DNA of 64,000 bases from Neovahlkampfia damariscottae (taxonomy: Eukaryota), in the NCBI GenBank assembly GCA_016618085.1, contig JABLTG010000032.1, positions 1-64,000 on the forward strand. Reading direction: 5' to 3'. Position numbers and translations under genes: made by a program. The notes under the pieces are model-generated. The model was not told the origin of the DNA. It saw only the letters and a program-made list of their open reading frames with translations, and ran no database searches. The number at the start of each line of letters is the position of its first letter. Within the stretch, counting starts at the first letter, position 1. Of this stretch, positions 11,493 to 24,700 are shown piece by piece.

Positions 11493-12800
11493 ATGAGTGC
11501 AAAAGAAAGTATTTCATTTGCGATAATTGGACACTTAAACTCGGGAAAATCATTATTAAGTTGTTTGTTGAAAGATGGTTCAGTAAATAGATTTTTTGAA
11601 ACAGAAGACAAATTTGAAACTCATCAAAAATATAAGCAACAAACACTTTCGAGATATTTTTCTGTAGAACTTAAAAATATACTCTTTCAAATGTTTGATT
11701 GCAAAAGTTACCCAAAATATTACAAAGGTTTTTTTAAAACTATTTCCCAAGTTGATGGATGTTTTATGACAGTCTCAGCTTTGGATGAAGAATTCAAAGT
11801 GAATAAAAATAGTATCAGAGATCAAATTTTATTATCTAAAATTTTTGAAATTGAAAAATTCGTTTTTTTCATCACGAAAATGGATCATGAAAAAGTGAAA
11901 TATTCAGAGGAAGTTTTCAACAGCACTGTGAAAAAATTACGTCTTATTTTAGATTCATTAGAGTTAAAAAGTGAGAATTATAAATTTATTCCAATTTCAG
12001 CACTTGAAAAAGAAAATATTTTTGAAACACAAACAACAATGAAATGGTGGTCTGGTGAAACGGTTTTTGACATTCTGGGAAAAATGTTGCCACCAAAAAG
12101 AGTTCAATATGGTAACATTACTAGATTTTCAATCAGAGAATCTCTTAGAATTGGTGGAATTGGAACAGTTGTCATTGGATGCGTGTTACAAGGATCAGTA
12201 TCCTTAAAAGGGTATGGAACATATTCTGTTAAACCAATTCGATCAAATGCAAGTATATTGACAATTGAAAAGGGTGACTCATCTGTGGATAAGGCTGAGA
12301 TGGGTGATTTTGTTGGACTCACTATTCGATACGCTTCCAATCTCGATTTCCAAAGTGGTTACGCTCTTGGGGATTTGACATTACAAGCATGTGAAAAAAT
12401 TCAAGTAAAATTGAAAATTCAAGATTATCCAACTCATATTCATCCAGGATATGAACCAATTTTATTTGTTCATTGTGCAAATTCAAGAGTAAAAATTGAT
12501 AAAATTTTATTCACTTTCAACGATCAAACTAATGACATTATTGAAAAGAATCCATCAAAAATTAAAAGTGGTGATTTTGCACTTGTTGAATTGATACCTT
12601 TCAAACAAATATGTGTTGAAGAATTTGATTTGTGTGCGAAAATGGGAAAAATTGTATTATGGGATTCAAACAAAATCATTGGATTTGGAACTATCCAAAG
12701 AGTATTCTACCCAGTAAAATATCCAAATGAAACTCCATGCATTATCAACCAAAAAAATACGGACATCAAATTTCAATCATTCAATTTTTCCGACCTTTAA
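11493..12800 (+). CDS. Divergent eEF1A-like translational GTPase paralog, intronless
   Basis: GHLNSGKS, TKMD, FIPISAL, IGGIGTV, GDFVG, GYEPIL, IKSGD motifs; G3 is degenerate (DCKSY). Confidence 0.8.
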   Translation: MSAKESISFAIIGHLNSGKSLLSCLLKDGSVNRFFETEDKFETHQKYKQQTLSRYFSVELKNILFQMFDCKSYPKYYKGFFKTISQVDGCFMTVSALDEEFKVNKNSIRDQILLSKIFEIEKFVFFITKMDHEKVKYSEEVFNSTVKKLRLILDSLELKSENYKFIPISALEKENIFETQTTMKWWSGETVFDILGKMLPPKRVQYGNITRFSIRESLRIGGIGTVVIGCVLQGSVSLKGYGTYSVKPIRSNASILTIEKGDSSVDKAEMGDFVGLTIRYASNLDFQSGYALGDLTLQACEKIQVKLKIQDYPTHIHPGYEPILFVHCANSRVKIDKILFTFNDQTNDIIEKNPSKIKSGDFALVELIPFKQICVEEFDLCAKMGKIVLWDSNKIIGFGTIQRVFYPVKYPNETPCIINQKNTDIKFQSFNFSDL

Positions 12801-12816
12801 AAAAACTAAAACCATT

Positions 12817-13847
<1,031 letters not shown>

Positions 13848-14041
13848 TCTTATTTTTCGAGGTGAAGACGTCAGTTTGAAACCAAATGGAAAGGATGTAA
13901 TCCAATCAAAACTCAAGTTTGAAGAAAACCAAAATTGAACTTTTATTTTCGAAATGAAGCGGAAAATTAAAAAAATAAAAAAAATGAAGTATTTTGATTG
14001 GTTGTTTTTCATCAACCAACAAGACGTTATTTTTGAAGTGA

Positions 14042-14738
14042 ATGAGTTTCAATTTTCCAATTTTAGCAGGTTACATTGCAACTTTTTGTTTTACACTTTG
14101 CTATTTACCACAAGCCATTTTGAACTTTCAAAGAAAATCAGTTAGTGGTTTTAGCACAACTGGAATTGTAATTAAATTAATTGGAGCTTCATTCTTGGGA
14201 GTAAACGCTTATATATTAGGAGAAACTGTACCAACTGTTCTTTATGGTGGTTTCAACATTCTACAACATTCAATTTTCATGTGGCAATTCGCTACATACA
14301 CAAAAAATCAACAATTTTATCTGTGGATAACTTTTCCATTATTTGCTCTGTTTTTAGGTCAGTACTTACCAGCGACCATGTGTAAAAAAAAAAAAAAAAT
14401 TCACTCATTTAGTTTTCACCAATTCGATTAAACCAATTGCTCAAATATTCAGTCATCTCCCTCAATTATATGTAACTTATGAAAAAAAAAGTACAGTTGG
14501 TGTATCAATGATGTCTCAACATTTGAATTTAATTGGTGGTTTTTTAGGTTTGTACATGTGTTATGAAATTCCACCAAAATCAATAACAACTTATATGATT
14601 TATTTATTCAGTTTATTTCAAGCAGTTTCTTTGTACGCATTTGCTATTTACTATGATGGTTTTGAAAGATTCTATAAAGAAATAAAAGAAGAAAAAAAAG
14701 ATATCAACACAAACAAAGATTTAGAAGACGTTGAATAA
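14042..14738 (+). CDS. PQ-loop repeat membrane transporter, 2 exons
   Basis: YLPQAILNFQRKSVSGFS and HLPQLYVTYEKKSTVGVS. Confidence 0.88.
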
Positions 14739-14783
14739 TGAAATTTACATCATTTTATAATTCCAAGTTTAAAAATAAACAAT

Positions 14784-16241
14784 TTATTTAACTTTAAAGC
14801 ATTCAAAATCTGTAAGCATAAAGTTGTAAGCACCAGCCAAGAAACTTTTAATTGGGTTTGTATTATAAGTCATTCCTTGAACTGAGTAACTGTATCCAAG
14901 ATTTGAATAAGATCCTGTTGAAACATTAGGATTTGAAACAATATATAAATCGTGACCACCACCCCAAGTTGGTCCATAAGTACTACATCCGTAACAACTG
15001 TTACCTTTACCTGGCATATGAGGTACGAGAGTTGGATTATAACCTTTGGAATTTGTAAGTGAAAATAAGAAACTAGTATAATCAATTGCATAAGTTGAAT
15101 TTGATGTCCATGGTTTTGCATTATAACCTCCAAAGATATAACCATTACTTGCTTTGAAAACACAAATTGTTTCACCTTGGTTGTCACATTTTGAATGAAA
15201 TTGTTGTGAAGTCCATCCATCTTTTGAAGCATTGTAAATAAGTTTCCATTGTTTTTTAGCAGCAGGAGCTTTTTGTTGTCCAAGCCATTTGAAAATTTGT
15301 GTTGACATTTTTGCGTTAAGAATACTACTACCTGTGAATGTTTTATTTCTTTCTTTAAAGGCTGGTATTTCAGAATACTTAAATGAATCAGGTGAAGCAT
15401 TATACTCTAAGGCCCAAATATATAAATCTCTTGGCATAAAACCATCTTTTTAAAAAAAGTTAAAAAAAAAAAAATAAAAAAAAATTGTACCATGTCTTAC
15501 AGTTGTAATAAGATCAACTGCATCAATGAGTGGATATCTAATATGTTTCATAACATCACCAACAACTTCTTTCAAATCTGAATAGTTTTCTTTGTCTTTA
15601 CAAAGGTTTTTACCCCATTTAATAGCAGCTTTATAAAGATCAGCTTCATCAACAGCAATTTTATCACTTTGAAGAATTTGAATAATAACATCTTTATCAA
15701 GAGATAAAAATCCTGGTGATTCAATAACATCTGTTGTTTTTTTTTCAATCAGAGCAAAACATTTTGTAATAAGTTCTGTGGTATCAAATTCAAATTCTTT
15801 TCTTTTTGCTTGCATTAACATTGTTGAAACTGTGTCTTTATCCAAAGATTTAACTATAAAATCAAAACAAGAGTTTCTTAAATCAGTGAGTTCATAAATA
15901 TCCGCACAATTAAGTACATGATAAACATTATCATCTTTAAGAGTTAAAGTACCAGTATAACAATATGAAAGAACCATAAGGAAAATGTCATATGAGAATT
16001 TTGGAATTTCAACAGAGGTATTTCCTTTTACAAGTTTTTCAAGTGGTTTACTATTTAAAAAAATAGTTGGAAAAAAAAAAAAAAATTACCTTCTTGAGGC
16101 CAATATTAAGCGGTGGCCTGGAATTTCTTTCCCTTCAACTTTTAAGGTAATGTCCGACTTATTTTTCTGGTTGACGAACTTACCCAGATGAAATGACAAT
16201 TTCTCGGAGTGATCGATAAGAAACTCTCCTTTGTTGCTCAT
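14784..16241 (-). CDS. BTB/POZ-BACK-TLDc domain protein, 3 exons
   Basis: SDITLKV..GHRLILA (BTB), BACK helices, WKLIYNASKDGW...IFGGY (TLDc). Confidence 0.9.
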
Positions 16242-16420
16242 TTGTTTTGAAAAAGCGTGTGATTGGATAATTCAATTTAAAACGTCTTATGATTGGTTGT
16301 TCCAAAAATAAAACTAATCCATTTTTCTATTTTTTCAACTCAAAAATAAAAAAAATGAAAAAAGTTTCCAAAAGTATTTATAGATTTCCCACCAATGATT
16401 TTCATTTGAATTGAGCTCTA

Positions 16421-19400
16421 ATGGAAGACGACGATTTTGAGAACATTGTACCACAAAAAACACCTTCAGAAACTTTAACTGAATTAATTGTACCAGAAAA
16501 ATCAACCATCTAATTTTTTTAAAAGGGCTCCAAAGCACATTTCTCAATTCGTTTCAGAAAAGACGAAGTTCATTGTCAAATCAATGCTAAAAATTCAGAA
16601 GCAATTAATGGTTGTTTATTCATCATTACAAATAAAAACAATCAAAAAAATCATTTAGTCTGGTGTCCATATTCCTTATTATTAACTATAAATGAACGGT
16701 TAATTACTCATGTTCTAAGTAACAGTACAATTGTAACAAAAAATGATTTATTTCCAATGAATTCAAAAAATGGTAAGTTCATTTTATATTGAAAGACTTA
16801 GATTCAAAATATGTTTCAGCCTTTGTCACAACAAATCCAGATACAAAAAAATTTTCAAAACCAAACCCAGAAGAGTTATATGCCATTGAAACACCTCTTC
16901 ATGAAATTTCAAATTTAAAACGTTCCATTCCAACCATGGTTTTTTTTTTTTTTTTTAAATTCATTTTTTAGGGTTATTCTCATTTGGTTATTTCAGTAAA
17001 AGGTGGTGTATCTTATAGTCCTTTATATTTTCATGATGGTGGTATTCAAGATTTTTTTTTGGCTCTCAGTTCTTGTATGAATGTTACAAAAGATAAAAAT
17101 GAAAATAACACTTTCAAAACTGATAATTCTTCAGAACCTTTAGAAAAATCATTACACCATTTGAAATTTGATTCTTATTTTGATGATGTTTATAAAAATA
17201 GAGATATTTCATGGCAATTATTAGAATGGGTAATTTGTGAAAAAAAAAAAAAAATTAAAAAATTGTCAAAGGGAGCAAAAGTAACACAGAAAGCAAAGAA
17301 TTTGTTTAAAAATGAAAAACAAGAAGATGAATTAATTACAGAAAAACAGAATGAAAATGATGATGAGTTTGAAATTATAGGAGATTTTGATGTTTCAGAA
17401 GATTTAGTCACTTCTACAACAGTAGATGAAAAAGAAATTGATTGGTAAGAGATTGATATCATTAAAATCTTATAAAAGGAAAAAAACTGAACAAGAACCT
17501 GTTAATGAAGAAACTTTTAAAACATATTTTGACCAAGAAGGAAGATTAACAAAAATTGAAGAATTTAAAAAAGATGTTTTTTATGGAGGTATTGAAGAAT
17601 CTGTAAGAAAAGAAGCATGGAAATATCTATTAGGATAGTAAAAAAGAAATTTTTTTTTTTAACATTTGATCAAGTTATCCTTTTAACTCAACAACTGAAG
17701 AAAGAAAAGAAATTTATGAAAAAAAGAAAAAAGAATATGAAGTTATAAAAACACAATGGGAATCTATTACACCATTTCAAGAATCTAAAAATTCAATGTA
17801 CAGAGATTTAAAATGTAGAATTGAAAAAGATGTTGTAAGAACTGATCGTTCACATGAATTTTATAAAGATGAAGAAAGTCCATACTTGAAAAAGTTACAA
17901 AACATACTTTTAACTTATGGTTTTTATAATTTTGATTTAGGTTATTGTTTTCTTGGTGGCACAAAAGTTTATATGGGTGATGGAAGTTTAAAAAATATTG
18001 AAGAAATTAAAGTTGGTGAATATGTTTTGGGTATGGACTCAAAACCTATATTGGTCATTGATACAATTTCTGGTTATGATAATTTTTATCGCATTATTGA
18101 AAGAAGAAAAAATCAAAATACACCAATTATTCATAATAGAATTGAATATATTTGTAATTCAAAACATTTACTTTATGTATTTACACCACCAAATGCTTCA
18201 ATTTCCACAAATCATAAAAACTATATCAATATTCAATATAATCAATTAACTGACTGGAAATTATCTGAAACAAATTCAATTAAATTAGTAAGAAGAGTTG
18301 ATAAAAAATTTTATTATTCTAATTATGAAAATAATGAAATTAAAAATATTATTGATGAATTTTTATCAACTTTAAAATTAATTGAATGGTCTATTGAAGC
18401 AAAAAATGTTAAATATTTACAAGGAAAAGTTCGTTCTGCAACTTATCAAAAATGGGCTCCAATTAAATTACAAAATAAGAACTTTGAAACTCTTTGTAAC
18501 AATTTAGAAATTAAATCTGAACATGTAACCAAAATGGCATGGCTTTTTGGTTTATGGATTGGTGACGGTGAATCAAAAAAAACAAGAATTTCAGTTAATA
18601 TTAAAGACAAAGATGAAATTGAATACATTAAAGAAATTTCAGAAGATTTAGGATTACAATGCTCAGATGTTTATCAAAGTAAACTGCAAATTGAATCAAA
18701 ATCACTTACTGGTACTGTCAGTTTGAGTAAAAAAATAAACTCAAAAAATTCACTATGGGAAATTATTAAATTTTTTGGAATGGGTATGAAAGATTCAAAA
18801 ACTCTCCCATTGTTATTTACTTCCGAAGAATATAAAATTAGAGAATTTTTATTATCAGGATTAATTGATTCAGATGGTTATGTTAGAACTAGAAAAAACT
18901 TTGATAAAGAATATATTGAAACATCAATAACAACAATTTATCCTGATCTTAGAGATGGTATTGTATCTTTGTCAAGATCATTAGGGATTGATGTTTACGT
19001 TACAAAAAGAGATGAATACATTGATAAAAATGGCACTAATCATTTAATATCATACTCAATTTATTTGATGGAATCTCCAGAAGTTTTAAATATTTTATCA
19101 AAATGCATTATTTCAAGAAAATTTAGAAAATCAGAAGTAGAACAAGTGAAAAGATTACCAAAAGAATTTTATTTTGACACTGAAGATTATGTTGTCAAAA
19201 CAGAAAAGTCATCAAAACTAGAAGAAACTCAAAATTTAACTGATGATCAATTGTGCGAAATTATGAAAGACAATAATAATTTTAATCTTTCCTTTTCAGA
19301 AATTGCTAAAACTTATAAACATGATAGAAAATCAGTTTCAAGATATTTAGATAGAATTACAAAAACATCAAAAGTTAGAAATTCAATTCTTGATCTTATT

Positions 19401-20077
19401 GAAACCAATAAAAATAATATAAAATCGATTAAGAAAGAAAGAATTACTCAAAGATATTATGGAATTACTTTAAGTAATCAATCTGATAGATTATTTTTAT
19501 TATCAAATAATGCCATTGTTCATAACTGCCAAGGAATGGGTGACTTAATATCACCAATCGTAAAAAAAAAAAAAAAATTAACAAAGGTATCAAGTTGGTT
19601 ATTATGGAAGATGAAGTTATTTCTTTTTGGTGTTTTGAACATTTAATGAAAACAAAAGAACAAAATTTTTTTATAAATTCTGAAGGAATGGAAAACCAAT
19701 TGAATCAATTGAGAGGGCTTTTAAAGATACTTGATAGAGATTTTTATTTTTATTTAGAATCAAAAGATGCAACCAATTTATATTTTTCATTCAGATGGTT
19801 ACTTGTAATTTTCAAGAGAGAATTTGAATTTGAAGAAATTAAAAGACTTTGGGAATCTCTTTTCACTGATTATATGGGAACTAACTTTCACTTATTTGTA
19901 GCATATAGTATACTTTCAATTCACAGGGATGCAATTATGAAAGAAGAAATGTCTTTTGATGAAATTTTAAAATTTTGTATTGATTTATCTGGAAATTTAG
20001 ATTTAGATCAAATAATGTTTCAAGCAGAGAAATCATATTTACATTATCAAGCTATAGAAAAAGAAATAAAAAAATGA
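16421..20077 (+). CDS. TBC1D15/Gyp7-like Rab GTPase-activating protein, multi-exon, interrupted by an intein
   Basis: VFYGG..VRKEAWKYLLG, IEKDVVRTDR (R finger), DLGY|CQGMGDL (Q finger), YFSFRWLLVIFKREF; N-terminal PH-like region with LYFHDGG. Confidence 0.93.
17946..19526 (+). mobile_element. Intein (527 aa) with LAGLIDADG homing endonuclease, PI-SceI/VMA1-like
   Basis: Block A CFLGGTKVYMGDG, block B ICNSKHLL, block C WLFGLWIGDG, block E LLSGLIDSDG, blocks F/G YYGITL...IVHN followed by +1 Cys; removal restores GYCQGM. Confidence 0.97.
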
Positions 20078-20228
20078 ATTTCATGATTCAATCATTTTTA
20101 ATTCATACTTTGATCAATTTTTTGTCTCCCTGCCAAATAAATCTATGAACCTAAGGTGCTCCTCAAAAAAATGAAGAGATCGCATTGGGGGAGATTTTTT
20201 GTTTGTGGGAATATTGATGAAAAAATGA

Positions 20229-21194
20229 TCAAAATTGGAAGTTGATATCTGTACAATTTTTCCGAAGTATGATATTCAAAACATCTAAAACTACTGAAGG
20301 ATAGTTATATATCACAATATCTCCGCTAAAATCACAGACAGCGAAATATTCATCTGATATTTTGCACATTTCAAAAATTTCTCCAATGAAAGCATTTGAA
20401 TGTTCCACTGAGTTTTGTATCACCAAATTACTTTTATCCAATGTGTGAATAAATCCATTTTGTGTTGATATCAATAGTTTATGGTTCATTTCAATAATAC
20501 AAGTAATGGAAGATCTTTGAAAAAATTGAACATCAACAATTTTCCAATAAATAGTATCAATGACAAAAATATTACCTTCTTGGGTACCTAAATATAATAA
20601 ACATGATTTTTCATCGTAATAAAATGAGAAAATCATTTTAAGTTTGACGTGTTCAAAAATTTTAACAATTTCACTATTGTGGGCAGTTCTCACGTAAAAA
20701 TATCCTTCATTGCCTCCATGACAATAATATTCATCTCTTATGTTTACTAAAACGAATATACATTCTTTATTTCCCTCAAAAACGATGTCAAATTGTGACA
20801 AATTTTCGTCATGATTTTGCATTAAGCTTTTTACATTTCCTTTGATTATTCCTTCATCACTAGCTTTTCCAATGATCATTGTTTCATTAAAAAAACAACA
20901 ACTTCTGTAATGTGAATTATATTCCAAATTGGAAGAGTAAATTACTTGGTCATTTTTCAAAATTTTCAAAGTGTTCCCAAAAATAAAAAGGTGTTCTTTG
21001 TAATATTCTATTTTATAATTTGAATCACTTGTTTTATCTATCAGATTTGTTGTTAAGGTTTGCAAATCTAACAAAAAGAGACTTTCAGATGAAGCAGTAA
21101 AAAGTTGATTTTTTTCATGGTTGAACACGACAGAAATTAATCTATTTCTTCCAAAACTTATTTCTTGGTATTGTGTGAATTCATCTAAGTTCAT
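20229..21194 (-). CDS. WD40/beta-propeller-like protein, intronless
   Basis: Repeated beta-strand units (LYLGTQEGNIFVID, LLISTQNGFIHTLD, FAVCDFSGDIVIY). Confidence 0.7.
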   Translation of the reverse strand: MNLDEFTQYQEISFGRNRLISVVFNHEKNQLFTASSESLFLLDLQTLTTNLIDKTSDSNYKIEYYKEHLFIFGNTLKILKNDQVIYSSNLEYNSHYRSCCFFNETMIIGKASDEGIIKGNVKSLMQNHDENLSQFDIVFEGNKECIFVLVNIRDEYYCHGGNEGYFYVRTAHNSEIVKIFEHVKLKMIFSFYYDEKSCLLYLGTQEGNIFVIDTIYWKIVDVQFFQRSSITCIIEMNHKLLISTQNGFIHTLDKSNLVIQNSVEHSNAFIGEIFEMCKISDEYFAVCDFSGDIVIYNYPSVVLDVLNIILRKNCTDINFQF

Positions 21195-21276
21195 GTATTT
21201 TTGTACCTCAACAAACAAATTCAGAACCTGTGATTGGATGAACGTATTGTTAACGTTGGTTCTTCCTCTGATAACT

Positions 21277-21335
21277 TTTTTTGCATTGGTTTAGTATTTC
21301 CTCAAAAAGTTTTAATACTAAACCAATCCAAAAAA
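21277..21335. repeat. Inverted repeat, 22-bp arms with 1 mismatch and 15-nt spacer
   Basis: TTTTTTGCATTGGTTTAGTATT / AATACTAAACCAATCCAAAAAA. Confidence 0.8.
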
Positions 21336-21429
21336 TATGGTTATCAATATGTAAAAAATTTGAAGAAAATGACATTAAACAATTTATTGAAATTGGTTAT
21401 CAAATGAGTGTTCAATTTATACTTTTTCT

Positions 21430-21696
21430 TCAATAACATTCTTTTAATTCTCTTAATTTGTATCTTATTTGTTCGAGTAACTTTCTGCATCCTTCAAAAT
21501 GCTCTTCCAAAATTATTTTCAGTCCAACCACACCATTTTGATAGGCTTCTTCTCCAATCTGTATAGCTTCATTAATTCTTCTTTCTTTTTCTAATGCTAA
21601 CATTAATTGATAATAATGTTCCAATTTTACTGGATCTGTGTCAAGTAAATTGTCTATTGAACTCATTCTAATTTGGGAAATTGTCCAATCAAACAA
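21430..21696 (-). CDS. Small hypothetical helical protein
   Basis: 88-aa ORF with protein-like composition; no family recognised. Confidence 0.4.
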   Translation of the reverse strand: MFDWTISQIRMSSIDNLLDTDPVKLEHYYQLMLALEKERRINEAIQIGEEAYQNGVVGLKIILEEHFEGCRKLLEQIRYKLRELKECY

Positions 21697-21778
21697 TGTT
21701 CTTTTATTGTTTTTCTTTTATGAACGTTCAATAATAATTTCTATTTTTAAAAACTCCAATCTTATATATTTACAAAAT

Positions 21779-24700
21779 TTATTTCTTTGTATGATGTTTC
21801 CAATAATGAACAGCATCCATCACCATTTGACGGGTATTATTCATTGACTCAATGAATAACCCACAAAAATGTTCAGCAGCATCTGTATCACTCATTTCTA
21901 AAACCAATTTCTCTCTTATCCATCCAATATCTTGATTTTTTGTTAATTCAGGTAATCCGCAGTGCATCATTAATTTAAATAAAATGATCAACAAATTACT
22001 ATTCTTTCTCAAAATATTGAATGCTTTTCCAGTGAGATCTTGTAATTCATTATATTTCTCTGAACCAGGTCCTCCTAAAACATGTGCATAAGCTTTGGTG
22101 AAAACAAATGGTGTGTTTTCTCTTTCAACACCAAATTTCTTCTTACGGTGCCCAAGAAAATGACCAAAATCTATATGAAATAAATCACCTTGTCCAGTCA
22201 TCATAATACTAAAATATTGATAAATGATATTTTTTCATACTTGTCATTATGTCTATCTCCAATGCCTAGAACATGTGTTGCAACTAAATAACCTGCACAT
22301 GAAGATTTGAAATTATCCACTGCATTTGCTAAGAACTCTTCTGTTTTCCCTGTTTTTTTTATCCAATTCAAAATAGTTTCTTTTGCTGTAGTTTCTGTGA
22401 TTCCAGATGCCAATGATGCAATGGTGATTGAGTTTGGAACACATGCAATCATTCCAACATTTTTTGAAGTTGAAACACATCCGTATGCATTGATATGAAA
22501 ATCATAACCTTGTTTCTTCCAAAGAGAGTCCATAATTCTTAACATTTGTAATGTCTAAAAAAAATGAGAAAATAGTAGTTAATTTACCAATTCATCTTGT
22601 CTCAAATCATCCCCAGTTTTAAAGAAAATAACAAAAGGATCACCTTGTTCATCAGCATTTTTCAAAGTTAACTTCAAAGGTCTTTTTTTTGACTTCATTA
22701 CTTTACATTCATTAATGATGATTCCAGAGCATTGAATTTTCAAATCTAATGGTGTTGAAAATTTTGATGGTAATTTCAAGTTTTTTAGTAGTTTTTTTAA
22801 AACAATATTCAAATCAGCAGGTTTGGTATTCTTTGGTTGATTTGAAATGATTGCAGCAATTTTCAACAATTCATCAATCACAATAGATTGTTTTTCTAAT
22901 TCAAAACGATGTTCTTTATCACAAGATCTTAAATACTCTTCTATTATTAATTGAAATCTTTCTCTGATAATCAAATCATGTAATTGAGATTTCAAGCTCC
23001 AATACATTTTTAAGCCAACCAAATGAGGTGATTTAATAGCTCTTTTCAATAAAAATGAAATGAATGGGGAATAATGAAATGCTTCAAATTTACAAATTTC
23101 AACTAATTGTAACATCATATTTGACAAATCAATATCAGAAACTTCCTCCAATAATCTTGTTGCATATTCTCTGATATTGACATCTTGAAATTCATTATCC
23201 AATAATTCCAAAGCTAATTGAGGATCTTCGAATTTCTTCCAAATCTTTAAATATTTATACATTTCATAAGCATTTGAATAATCAATCCAATTAACAGATC
23301 TTAACACTTTTGGCAATGCCATTGGAATCTTTGAACAATAATCTCTATAATTCCAAACTAATAACTTATCTTTTTCACTCATTGCAACAAGACAATCTTC
23401 TTTGATGATATAATCCAATTGTTTTGATGGAATTCTTGTTTTACTTAGATTTCTCTTTCCATCAGGGAATACAACAGGTAACATATTTTGATCAAATTCA
23501 ACATTCAATTCTAAACTATTCTTTTCGAATGAATTTTGAACAAATGAGATAATTCCATTTTCATTTGGAAAACCATCCCATAAATACATTGATTTAGTAC
23601 CTGAAATTAATTCTTTTTTATGATTGAAAATAGGCAATCTTGAATAACCAATATTTACATCCAAAAATTGATCACTTTTTTCATCATCTTTTGATGTGTC
23701 TAAATCTTCATATTTTTGTAAATTTTCTTTTGTTATTGATTTTACAAAAAATAATAAATGTGATTCAAGAGGTAAATCAGAAATAAAATATTCTTCAAAA
23801 ATCAAAGAATGATTTAATTCACCGTTTGTGTCAGTGTAATTAATCAAATTTGTTAATTGTTGAGGACAAATGATTGTATTTCCATAACAAATTCTAACAC
23901 CAACATAAATAAAAATATCAGAACCAAATTCATGAGTTTCTGGTAATACCAAATTTTTGATGAAAATACGAAATGGTTTTTTGGTGAATTCCCAACTACT
24001 TAGAACTTCTTGTCCAACTTTAAAACCCTGAATATCTTCATTTTCATAAGATACAACATTATATCCATAACTTTTTTCTTTTGATCCTGAATATGCTTTT
24101 AAATTATCATGTGAACTTGATATTTTATTGGCTTCTTCAATAGTCAATTCAATAATTTGTTGTTCTTCACAACAATTTCTAATATATTCAAAATCTATTA
24201 AACTAATGTCTTTTCCAAATATAAATTCATTATAACCTCTTGCTTTGATAATTAAATCTTTTTCAGTTAAAGTAGCATTTTCTCCTAAATAAACTTTCAT
24301 CCAAAAAACAACTTTTTGTTCAAATTCTGAAAGTGTCATAAGGAGTGATATTTTAACCTGTTTTAACCATTTTTGTCCTTTTAAAAAATAAAAAAGCTTC
24401 AAACGATGTTCAATTGGAATATTACAAGGCTTCAATGAATAAACTGGTAGGATTATTTTTGTTTCAATAGTATCAGGTTCATCAGAAACATCTTCTTTCA
24501 TGGATGTTCGAAAATCTTTTCCTTCTTGACTTAAGTTCAGAATAGTGTTTTCATCAAGTGATGTCTGTTTTTGAGGTTGAATTTTTTTTTCTGACATGAC
24601 TTTTGTGAGTCCACTTCTTGGTGATCGTACAGGTGACATACGATCTAATGAATTACGACTTACAGAAGGTGAATTTTGTGACGGAACCATAACAGTTTGA

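Noticed and set aside
17946..19526. Group I intron or spliceosomal intron as an explanation for the TBC insert
   Set aside because: The insert is in frame, stop-free and has complete intein blocks with Cys1 and His-Asn/Cys+1; it has no GT-AG ends.
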